DNA of 63,254 nt, counting the filler, from Octopus bimaculoides (taxonomy: Eukaryota), in the NCBI RefSeq assembly GCF_001194135.2. It is 5 parts of 5 records of this genome, joined end to end, with 100 filler letters (N's around TTAATTAATTAA, not from the genome) between each part and the next. Parts side by side here need not be neighbours in the genome. Positions count along the whole stretch, not along the records: positions 42,806 to 58,431 come from NC_068997.1; positions 58,532 to 63,254 come from NC_068995.1; 3 more parts are not named here. One strand, given 5' to 3'. Position numbers and translations under genes: made by a program. Under the pieces are notes generated by a model, which did not search any database, was not told the origin of the DNA, and saw only the letters and a list, made by a program, of their open reading frames with translations. Below are positions 51,906 to 63,254 of this stretch, in pieces; positions within the stretch are counted from its first letter, which is position 1; each line of letters opens with the position of its first letter.

Positions 51906-52584
51906 TCTCTTGCACATACTCCACGCTATTTTAGTAATTTTGTCGGTTGTTTGCAGTAGCGGTTGAAGATGGAGCTGGTGGTGGCGGTGGTGGTGATAGT
52001 GGTGAGGATAATGGTGGTTGTGATAGTGGTAGTAGTGGTGGTGGTGNNNNNNNNNNNNNNNNNNNNNNNNNNNNNNNNNNNNNNNNNNNNNNNNNNNNNN
52101 NNNNNNNNNNNNNNNNNNNNNNNNNNNNNNNNNNNNNNNNNNNNNNNNNNNNNNNNNNNNNNNNNNNNNNNNNNNNNNNNNNNNNNNNNNNNNNNNNNNN
52201 NNNNNNNNNNNNNNNNNNNNNNNNNNNNNNNNNNNNNNNNNNNNNNNNNNNNNNNNNNNNNNNNNNNNNNNNNNNNNNNNNNNNNNNNNNNNNNNNNNNN
52301 NNNNNNNNNNNNNNNNNNNNNNNNNNNNNNNNNNNNNNNNNNNNNNNNNNNNNNNNNNNNNNNNNNNNNNNNNNNNNNNNNNNNNNNNNNNNNNNNNNNN
52401 NNNNNNNNNNNNNNNNNNNNNNNNNNNNNNNNNNNNNNNNNNNNNNNNNNNNNNNNNNNNNNNNNNNNNNNNNNNNNNNNNNNNNNNNNNNNNNNNNNNN
52501 NNNNNNNNNNNNTATATATACTAACTTAAATAATATATAAATATATGCATATATATCCATATGTCATTCCTTCCCTATCTCTAA

Positions 52585-52633
<49 letters not shown>

Positions 52634-52858
52634 AGTGTGTGTATACATATATCTGTATAGATAAGGAGATGTTTAAATGGATAAATGTATTACTACATGT
52701 TTATGTCCGTGTGTGTGTATGTATGCATAGATGCCTACATTTATACGTCTGTGTGCGTGTATGCGTCTGTATCTGTGAATATATATTCATGAACACCATG
52801 TGATTGCTCACATACAGATTTATCTAAGTAATTACACGTGTGTGTGTTAGACAGAGAC

Positions 52859-52916
<58 letters not shown>

Positions 52917-53519
52917 NNNNNNNNNNCGCAAATGCATTTCCAAATTGTACCAGACATGCAATTGAGGTGGATCCCGGCACTAAACGGTAGTAAATTAAAT
53001 GATTACCCTTGTGATTAGACTCGACGGGGATAGAGTTTGAAATCAGAATTTAAAGTTACGAGATAAATATCTTAAATTTTTTCGAATTAGATATCTCTTT
53101 ATAGAATTATAGATTTCGTACATTTAGTTCTTGTTCTCTGTCATTTCGATGAGCCTGACAAGGCAGGAAGATATGTGTGGTTTATAAATACGTAGGTGTA
53201 TATGTATGTATATACATTCCCAAAACATATACATATACATACATGTATGTGTATATATATTTATTAAAAAATGCCTATATATTTTTATATATACATACAC
53301 TCACACACACACAAACAAAAACAAAACATAGTATATGTATACAACACAAACGCTTGTACACAAGTATATTATTTTATTTGTTTCAGTTATTTGACTGTGG
53401 CCATGATTTAGTCGAACAAATCGATCCCAGTACTTATTCCATCAATCCTTTTGCCGAACCGCTATGTTATGGGGGCGTAAACACACCAACTTCGGTCGTA
53501 AGGCGATGGTGGGGGTACA

Positions 53520-53563
<44 letters not shown>

Positions 53564-53903
53564 NNNNNNNNNNNNNNNNNNNNNNNNNNNNNNNNNNNNN
53601 NNNNNNNNNNNNNNNNNNNNNNNNNNNNNNNNNNNNNNNNNNNNNNNNNNNNNNNNNNNNNNNNNNNNNNNNNNNNNNNNNNNNNNNNNNNNNNNNNNNN
53701 NNNNNNNNNNNNNNNNNNNNNNNNNNNNNNNNNNNNNNNNNNNNNNNNNNNNNNNNNNNNNNNNNNNNNNNNNNNNNNNNNNNNNNNNNNNNNNNNNNNN
53801 NNNNNNNNNNNNNNNNNNNNNNNNNNNNNNNNNNNNNNNNNNNNNNNNNNNNNNNNNNNNNNNNNNNNNNNNNNNNNNNNNNNNNNNNNNNNNNNNNNNN
53901 NNN

Positions 53904-53957
<54 letters not shown>

Positions 53958-54685
53958 ACATGCACATTCTCAAACACACGTTTGACCGGGAGGCAACAAA
54001 AGAGGTGGGAAACCACAAGGTTGATTATCTCACTAAATTAGTTCGCTGATCACCGTAAAAGGTTATTTCGTTGCTAACAAGAACTAGTGTGAAAAAGAAA
54101 AAAGAGAAAGGAAAAAATAGTGAGAAAGAAAGAACGAAAGAGAGGAAGAAAGAAAGAAAAAAGAAAGAAATCTCTATATAATGGCTAACGTAGAACGCGG
54201 TCCAGTATGGTAGAAGTTGTGAAGAATTGGAAACTCATGCGTAAACTTCAGTGTAATCATAGGGATAGAAGCGCTACCTTAAATAAGCAGTGTATTAGTT
54301 AAATCGGCTAATGGCCGAGAAAATTCCAAGTGAATGAAGAAGCATAAAAGTTCTATGAAATATAAAATGTCCAAAGTCTGTACCAGTCAGCGTTCGCGAT
54401 TCTGGTGCCAAAATAGAAGTCATTTTGTTTTTCAATTTTTCATTATAGATTAAATATAATGAGACAAAGTAGATTGCGGAAGAAATGGTGTCGTTGGATT
54501 GGGGAACTTAGAGTGATGACACGTAGTAGAACGATATGTGTGTGTGATAGTCTGTGCGTGTGTATGATAGTTTGGTGTATGCGTGTTAGTGTGTGCCTGT
54601 GTGTATGCTTGATATTTTTGAATTTATGAATATATTATCTTTAAAGGTATGGTTGCATATGTATATGTAAATCAATATATATATG

Positions 54686-54726
<41 letters not shown>

Positions 54727-55525
54727 NNNNNNNNNNNNNNNNNNNNNNNNNNNNNNNNNNNNNNNNNNNNNNNNNNNNNNNNNNNNNNNNNNNNNNNNNN
54801 NNNNNNNNNNNNNNNNNNNNNNNNNNNNNNNNNNNNNNNNNNNNNNNNNNNNNNNNNNNNNNNNNNNNNNNNNNNNNNNNNNNNNNNNNNNNNNNNNNNN
54901 NNNNNNNNNNNNNNNNNNNNNNNNNNNNNNNNNNNNNNNNNNNNNNNNNNNNNNNNNNNNNNNNNNNNNNNNNNNNNNNNNNNNNNNNNNNNNNNNNNNN
55001 NNNNNNNNNNNNNNNNNNNNNNNNNNNNNNNNNNNNNNNNNNNNNNNNNNNNAGATACATATATAGATATCGATATAAATATAGACATAAGTATATCTAT
55101 TGAACGGCTAGAGCAAGACAGAGAGAGAGACACACAGATTGGCAGATAGGTAGATAGACAGACAGACAGACAGACAGACGGATGGATGGATGGATGGATG
55201 GATGGATGGATGGATGGATAGGTGATAGCTACATACATACATACATACATACATACATACATACACACATAATATCTTGTTTCATTTATCCTTCGTTCTG
55301 AGTCCGAACTTCGCTATAAGGTTAACCTATTCACGAGCAGTGACGCTAAAGAGTCACACACTATTAGTTTGCAGTATGTTTTTTTTTATATGCGTTTCTT
55401 TACTTCGTGGTTTCACATCTCAAATGTTTGTATTTTAGCTCTAATCGAAGGTCATTCATAAAATTCACATCCGTTATATATTGTGGTCTGTTCATTCGAA
55501 TAATATCCTTCGAGAAATCTGGTAA

Positions 55526-55556
<31 letters not shown>

Positions 55557-55623
55557 AACATGTATGTGCGCATATGCATGCATAAATATATAGATATATA
55601 TACATACACACAGAGATAAATAC

Positions 55624-55665
<42 letters not shown>

Positions 55666-55748
55666 NNNNNNNNNNNNNNNNNNNNNNNNNNNNNNNNNNN
55701 NNNNNNNNNNNNNNNNNNNNNNNNNNNNNNNNNNNNNNNNNNNNNNNN

Positions 55749-55796
<48 letters not shown>

Positions 55797-57329
55797 TACA
55801 CACTTCTTCTAACAATCTTATCCACTATACATACATACATGTATTATTGACGCCTTAAGACTAGAAATTTATAGAGAATTTACAAGGAATGTAATATTTT
55901 ATAGCTTTTCTACTTCGAGTACAACCTTTAAGAACGATTTATAAATATATGCGTACATGTGCGTGCATGAGTTTTGTTTCATACGAAGTTTGTTATTCGT
56001 TTCCGGTCTTCTTTGAAACCATGCCCGGCTATAGAGAAATGTTACTAGGCTTTCGGAAGCGATGAGGTTTGGCAAAAGGATGGATATCCCGCTTTAGAAA
56101 TATATATGAATGACTTCAATCGAAACAATACAAGCATGGAAGGAGTATTTGTTATGATGATGATGATTTAGCCTCACTATGATTAAACATCAGGGTCATT
56201 AGCAACTAGAACGGGAGGTATATCATTGATCTGGGTTCAAATCATATTAAGACCGATTTTACCTCACATCTCTGCAAGGTTAAGAAATTTACGTCTCGTA
56301 CATATTGCTGTATTCGACCAATCCTCTAACTTCTGTATAACACTTGTGAAATAAGTCACAAGTCACCGGGGGTCATTCGTCGCAAGGAAGAGATGCGTGT
56401 AAAATATCCTCTTTTAAAAAACAATTTGTCAATGGTTTTTATTTTATTTTGGCGATAACTACCTCAAGCAACAACCATGACACCAACAAGAACAGCAAAA
56501 ACAACAATTGTTTTCGTTTTTGCTTTGACGTGTTGCACCATTGAACAAGGATTTGATTAGGTTTCGAAAATGTGGAATTACATTGGTGTTCTTCGTTTAG
56601 AATATTGGTTTAGGTTAAAGAAGTCAGGCGTTCATTAATTTATACTATAACTTCCGTTATACTATTCTATCGTAAGTAATTTCATTTTATCTTAACAAAC
56701 AACTAAACCAAAACTCGCCAAAACTGACGAGCAGTTGTTTAATGTTCCACAAGTTTGAATATATACTTTTTTTCAGTTTCAGGTCTGAACTGATTATATT
56801 CTGGTGTTTAGAAAAAGGTGAACACAAAAGATAAAGATATTTTGTTAAACAATGATTCTTGGAAAACTTTTATTTACATATTTGGGTTATATATATTGTT
56901 TATCTTTATTTTTATTTTATTTTATTTTATTTTATTACCTAGGCTGAAGGTCTCAAATTAACAGATTAATCGAATGAATATTCACAGCGATTAGAGACTT
57001 CTATTATTCTTTTATTCGTTTAATATGAGTTCCAGTCATTAGAAATGCTACTATGATGTGGCACCGTCATGAAAAGGTGTTTGTCGAATATATCGGCTTA
57101 AATTCTTTGCCTGGCTGTACTTTTCTCTCGATTTCGGAGGGGGATCAAAAGTCCGATGCTATGAAGGGCAACCATCTGAATAGAAACCGCACAAAGTTCA
57201 TATATACATACACACACACATTTATATATATATACACACATACACACGCACATACATACATATACATACAGGCATGTATATGTGTGCGTTTTCATATATT
57301 TATGTCTATATTTGAATGTATAAGAGTAT

Positions 57330-57366
<37 letters not shown>

Positions 57367-58247
57367 TATTCAAATTTATATACACAAGCAAGCACACATA
57401 TCAACACAACAGGATTCTGCACAGTTTCTTTATACCACACTATTCCCATAAGGGTTCGGTCAATTTTTGGATGTGACAAGAGATAAATGCCCAAAGTATT
57501 TGGCATTTGGTTAACGTGTGATTATATATTAACTATAAGTTCGCACCTTTTCCTTTTAACGTGACTGGTACTTTATTTTCTTCACTCCTGAAAGGATGAA
57601 GAATATAGTTGTCCTTCACAGATTTCGGAATCAGGGGGTTAAGAGAATTAACTAAATATGTAAGAGTTAACTATATACTGTTCAATGTTCAATGGATTCT
57701 AACCACAATTTTGGCGCCTTCTTAGTGCAGACAGCCCTACGCCTTCGTGCTCTACTAATATCGTCAAGCCACCACCCAAAAGATTTAGCATCTCTGACTA
57801 TCCACAGCTATGACGACCTGCTACTTCCGAGAGGTCATCGCCTTAACGATCTATTAGTTCTAACAACCACTGCCTTGTCTAACTACCAATCCTGGCAAGC
57901 AATTGCCCTTATGACATTCCACCACCCAAAAGCTACCAATTTCGACAAGCCCCCGCCCTGACGATTTATCAGTCCTAACAAGCGACCACTCTGAGAATCT
58001 ACCGATTTTTAAAATGCTCCGACCTTCGTCAACCCATCAACTTTCATTAGACTGATCTACTGTTTCTTACTCTATCGAAAATACCAGAATTTCCAGAAGA
58101 GGAGAATGAGATTTTGGGACATAAATCAATATCTTATGATTCTTCTTTTCCAAAACAGCACCAAAGGAATCATTGTAGTGATATAGTCTCAGGTATGAAC
58201 TGAAACTGGTTTGGTGACATCTTAAGTCGGGAATATTATCTATACTA

Positions 58248-58411
58248 GGCGCAGGAGTGGCTGTATAGTAAGTAGCTTGCTTACCAGCCACATGGTTCCG
58301 GGTTCAGTCCCACTGCGTGGTACATTGGGCAAGTGTTTTCTACTATAGCCTCGGGCCGACCAAAGCCTTGTGAGTGGATTTGGTAGACGGAAACTGAAAA
58401 AAGCCCGTCGT
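58248..58411 (+). mobile_element. SINE family B 5' half, cut by gap at its internal microsatellite
   Basis: ggcgcaggagtggctgtatagtaagtagcttgc...gggttcagtccc...aaagcccgtcgtatata. Confidence 0.85.
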
Positions 58412-58475
58412 ATATATGTGTATATATATATNNNNNNNNNNNNNNNNNNNNNNNNNNNNNNNNNNNNNNNNNNNN

Positions 58476-58487
58476 TTAATTAATTAA
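58476..58487. other. Assembly gap tag TTAATTAATTAA
   Basis: 44 N each side. Confidence 0.95.
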
Positions 58488-58561
58488 NNNNNNNNNNNNN
58501 NNNNNNNNNNNNNNNNNNNNNNNNNNNNNNNATATACATATATGTATATGTAACAATATGT

Positions 58562-58900
58562 CGTGAAGGCGCATGGCTGAATGGTTAGAGCGTCGAGCTT
58601 ATGATCGTGAGGTTGTGAGCTCGAATCCCGGACCAGGCTGTGTGTTGTGTTCTTGAGCAAGTCACTTTATATCACGTTGTTCCAGTTCACTCAGCTGTAG
58701 AAATGAGTTGCAACGTCACAGGTGCCAAGCTGTATCGGCCCCTTTGCCTTTCACTCGGATAACACCTGTGACGCGGAGAGACGAGGCCCGTATGCATGGA
58801 CGACTGATGGTCTTCCATAAACAACCTTGCCCGGACTTGTGCCTGGGAGGGTAACTTTCTAGGTGCAATCCCATGGTCAGTCATGACCGAAGGGGGTCTC
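58562..58900 (+). mobile_element. tRNA-derived SINE family C, full-length
   Basis: A-box tggctgaatgg, B-box gagctcgaatccc, CORE-like ttcttgagcaagtcacttt. Confidence 0.85.
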
Positions 58901-60611
58901 AACATTACTAAGATGGCACTATAGGTATCGTTATCACACCGAACAAAATATTTAACAATATTTCGTTTTCACTTCAAATTTCGCGTAAGTCGATTTTACC
59001 TGTGAGTCTTTCGGAGTTGATAAAATAAGCATTAGTCAAGTAGTAAAGATCGATCCCATCCCCTAAAATTTCAGGCTTCGTGCCTAAAGTTGTAAAGCAC
59101 CAGACATAATGCCTTGTAGTATTAACTTATAGTACATTACAACATTAGTTCAAATCCCACCCTGGTCGGCTTTGTCTTCTATCAGACAAGCACTGCAATC
59201 GATGTAATCGACTTCATCCGCCACTAAAAATAACAAGCTTTGAGCTTTGTGACAGCCCGGCGTCCCATTCAGTGGGTTTCTGGAGATCTCAGTCAATTAT
59301 TACAGCATGGGAACCCGATTAAACGCCGTATGAGTCTTAGAGCAAGAGAAAATATAGAGAGAGATAACTGTATATATATATATGCATNNNNNNNNNNNNN
59401 NNNNNNNNNNNNNNNNNNNNNNNNNNNNNNNNNNNNNNNNNNNNNNNNNNNNNNNNNNNNNNNNNNNNNNNNNNNNNNNNNNNNNNNNNNNNNNNNNNNN
59501 NNNNNNNNNNNNNNNNNNNNNNNNNNNNNNNNNNNNNNNNNNNNNNNNNNNNNNNNNNNNNNNNNNNNNNNNNNNNNNNNNNNNNNNNNNNNNNNNNNNN
59601 NNNNNNNNNNNNNNNNNNNNNNNNNNNNNNNNNNNNNNNNNNNNNNNNNNNNNNNNNNNNNNNNNNNNNNNNNNNNNNNNNNNNNNNNNNNNNNNNNNNN
59701 NNNNNNNNNNNNNNNNNNNNNNNNNNNNNNNNNNNNNNNNNNNNNNNNNNNNNNNNNNNNNNNNNNNNNNNNNNNNNNNNNNNNNNNNNNNNNNNNNNNN
59801 NNNNNNNNNNNNNNNNNNNNNNNNNNNNNNNNNNNNNNNNNNNNNNNNNNNNNNNNNNNNNNNNNNNNNNNNNNNNNNNNNNNNNNNNNNNNNNNNNNNN
59901 NNNNNNNNNNNNNNNNNNNNNNNNNNNNNNNNNNNNNNNNNNNNNNNNNNNNNNNNNNNNNNNNNNNNNNNNNNNNNNNNNNNNNNNNNNNNNNNNNNNN
60001 NNNNNNNNNNNNNNNNNNNNNNNCTTTAACATAATTAAACAATAGGAAGAATGCATTTGAATGAATGCATAAAAATGGAAATAATATAATTTATATTTCG
60101 TATAATTTGCAAGAGTTTTGCTTGTAAAAAGAATAAAAACAGATAAAATTAAAACAATTTTTCAAGTGATATATCATAATCGCATCAATTAATTTTTGAA
60201 TAGAAAAACGTTGAATTCTAGAGGGAAGTTTTGTTAAAAGGTTTAAAATATCAGATTTGAGGCAGGTGTTCTGCTGTTTTCAATCGGCGGATTAGTTTAC
60301 AAGTGTGTGATTATGTATTTGCTGGAATCATCGTAGATTATATGAAAATATGCAACAAGCGAGAACATCGCTTATATTAAAGCCAGGAGGTTAAATGATA
60401 TCGGATATTCTTATGTTCAAGCTGGTTCAAACAAGTTTCAATGTTTTCATAAATGATGCAATTATGAATTTTAATTACATGTTAAATGAAAAATAACTTC
60501 TTGAATTAATACGATTATGGGAAATGTAAAAATCAAAAACATATACACATTCAAAGAAAAGCATCTATGTATAGACCTATGATTGTGTATATTTATATAT
60601 TTAAAACATAT

Positions 60612-60669
<58 letters not shown>

Positions 60670-61019
60670 ACGCACACACATATATACATATATGTATATA
60701 CACACACACATATATATACATATATAAATTCATACACACACACACACACACACACACACATACGTGCTTATACGTACAAACATGCACCAAGGGCATAGAA
60801 GGAGTGTGTACATTATTGTTTAACTTAAAGTTGTATCTTGTAATGTTGGAATACATAATATATGACTTTTCTGATTTACAGTGCATTGCGCATGTAAGTG
60901 TGTATGTCTGTGTGTTGTATGTGTGTGTGTGTATACCAATCTTTGTGTGCATAGATGTATATGATTTATGCTACAGTGAAGAAATTGGAAACAATATTCA
61001 TACAACTATTCTCATTTAA

Positions 61020-61440
61020 GAGTGTTGGTTGCAATTGGTCGATGTTATCATTAAGTGAGAGAGCAGTTCATGCCATCAAAGTGACATAGGAGTACAATTA
61101 TACGAAACCCAGTATACCCATCACGCCTACCCGCCTGATAAGGGTACATCTGACACATGCAACACAACCATATGTGCGCGACACGGTGATCCTATGTCTA
61201 GATATACAGCACATGATCTTGCAGGTGGGGGTCCAGTTAGAATTTTTTTCAGGTCCTGTAGCCCATACCGCTCAAAAGGTCCCTGAATAAGGGCTGTTTA
61301 AGGATGATGAACCCCAAAGAATTCCTCTCAACATATGGCTATGATGCTCCTCAACTACTTCTGCTCCTGATTAGAGATGCCTATATCGTCAGCCACTAAG
61401 GGACATGCTCAACTGGTTAAGGTCAAACAGTTGACAAGCA
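61020..61440 (-). mobile_element. Probable interspersed repeat (SINE/LINE-tail type)
   Basis: GC-balanced block in AT-rich context that resembles common octopus repeats; no second copy in window, so weak. Confidence 0.35.
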
Positions 61441-61656
61441 TTTAAAGTTTATCCAGGTCATGCATGAGATTTTGTTTTCTTTGGTACCGCTTACAGTACT
61501 TCATTAGAATCTTGTCTATCACACGATAGTCCTTGGTGCCCTTCGATCCTTTTCGACACCGCTTTTGTTACAGCCCTTTTGTTACAGCAAGTAACCTTTG
61601 AAATCAAAAACCCTCTTAAGTATCCTAGCTGTTCCTAATAGCTCTGTGTTATTAGG

Positions 61657-61715
<59 letters not shown>

Positions 61716-61769
61716 CATTATTATTATTGCTGTTGTTGTTGTTGTTGTTGTTGTGTAGGATAGTAGAAA

Positions 61770-61870
61770 ACTGCTTAGCGGCATTTCGTCCTTCCTCAGA
61801 TTTTCAGTTCGAATTCCTCCGAGGTCGGCCTTGCTTTTCATCCTTCTTTCGGGGTCGACAAAATAAGTAC
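61770..61870 (+). mobile_element. SINE family A, partial
   Basis: gcttagcggcatttcgtcc...cggggtcgacaaaataagtact. Confidence 0.75.
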
Positions 61871-62520
61871 TAGTCGATTATTATTATTTTTTTTTTTAGA
61901 TTTAATCAGCTTACTCCGCACACCCTTAATTGCAGGCCTAGTACCAAAATTATTCGAAATCCTTTTTATTACTATATCTCTCAAGAGAAAGAAACGTTTA
62001 CAAGCGTTGTCGGAGTACTGTCTCGAATTTTCCTTTGCAATAAGAAAGATTCAAGTAAAAAAAATGTTACAATTAATAAAGATTTTATAATGACGTANNN
62101 NNNNNNNTACCAAAATTATTCGAAATCCTTTTTATTACTATATCTCTCAAGAGAAAGAAACGTTTACAAGCGTTGTCGGAGTACTGTCTCGAATTTTCCT
62201 TTGCAATAAGAAAGATTCAAGTAAAAAAAATGTTACAATTAATAAAGATTTTATAATGACGTATTTATTTTCTCCTTGTCTTAAAGGGGATAAACGCTTA
62301 AGGTTTAAAGATAAATCATTGCATAAATATTCAGGAATATGAAGTTGTCTCCATATTTAGAGTGAGACTTGATACTTCATCTCGTCGTCCGATGTTCATT
62401 AAATAAGAATATATCATGGATAATATGATATTTGTCAAATAAATACACATATACAAATTTACGTATGCATACATATACACAAAAATGTATTCATGATGAA
62501 TATTATATGCATATACATCT

Positions 62521-62588
<68 letters not shown>

Positions 62589-62904
62589 ATATATAAGCAA
62601 TCACTATATGTGTATACATGTTTATATGTGTGTGTGTTTGTGTGTGTGTGAGAATATCCGTATGTAAATAAAGATATAAACTTCTGTAATAATAAGGTAT
62701 AACTGTAAACTTGTATGTGTGTATGCATGTATGTGCGTACCACGTTCTCACGTTGTTGTCTTTTCTTCGTTTTTTTTTTCTAGGATTAATTACACACACA
62801 TACACACAGATATATATGCATGCATGCATAGATACTGATATCAGTTTATATGCAATAAGGTATCTATACACACAAACGCACACACATATATATTCTGTTA
62901 TTCT

Positions 62905-63095
62905 TTTATTCTTTTATTCCTTTATTTGTTTCTGCCATTTGACCGCAGCCATGCTGGAGCACCGCCTTTAATCAAACATATCGACACCAGGACTTATTCT
63001 TTGTAAGCCAAGTACTTATCCTATTGCTTTCCTTTACCGAACCGCGAAGTTACGGGTACGGAAACACACCAACATCGATGCTGGGAAGACAGAGA
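62905..63095 (-). mobile_element. SINE family B 3' half
   Basis: catttgaccgcagccatgctggagcaccgccttta...caggacttattctttgtaagcc is the reverse complement of the family B tail. Confidence 0.85.
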
Positions 63096-63143
63096 CACAC
63101 AAATACATACACACACATATACATACATACATACATACACACA

Positions 63144-63229
<86 letters not shown>

Positions 63230-63254
63230 CCTGTATGTATGTGTATATATATAT

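Noticed and set aside
7661-58487. Four identical TTAATTAATTAA palindromes
   Set aside because: Always centred in 44N+44N; an assembler gap tag, not biology.
180-60056. Long ORFs containing X runs
   Set aside because: They read through N gaps flanked by TA/CA microsatellites and are not real ORFs.

Overview
Eukaryotic, AT-rich, microsatellite- and transposon-dense draft-assembly DNA with many N gaps. The SINE families, microsatellite load and composition point to a coleoid cephalopod, probably Octopus (inference). No prokaryotic features, CRISPR arrays, rRNA or true tRNA genes were seen. Almost all supplied ORFs are artefacts of microsatellites, N gaps or antisense reading. The best-supported coding feature is a 775-nt stop-free minus-strand exon (7616->6842) rich in Gly/His/Asn/Asp runs and ending in a perfect AG|GTAAGT donor; the ORF track missed it because it has no ATG. 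Several short minus-strand exon candidates (44510-44599, 31206-31229, 29729-29771, 28979-29031, 10253-10270, 4517-4555) have compatible phases, but I could not name a gene. The rest is decayed Helitron, L1/Tx1 and RTE LINEs, mariner and hAT derivatives, MITE-like foldbacks and at least four SINE families. Most notable: a CpG-depleted block (16.7-42.7 kb) whose edges coincide with two tagged scaffold gaps, and a cluster of long hairpins and inverted SINE pairs that could be ADAR substrates. I did not find convincing evidence of a wholly new biological system.
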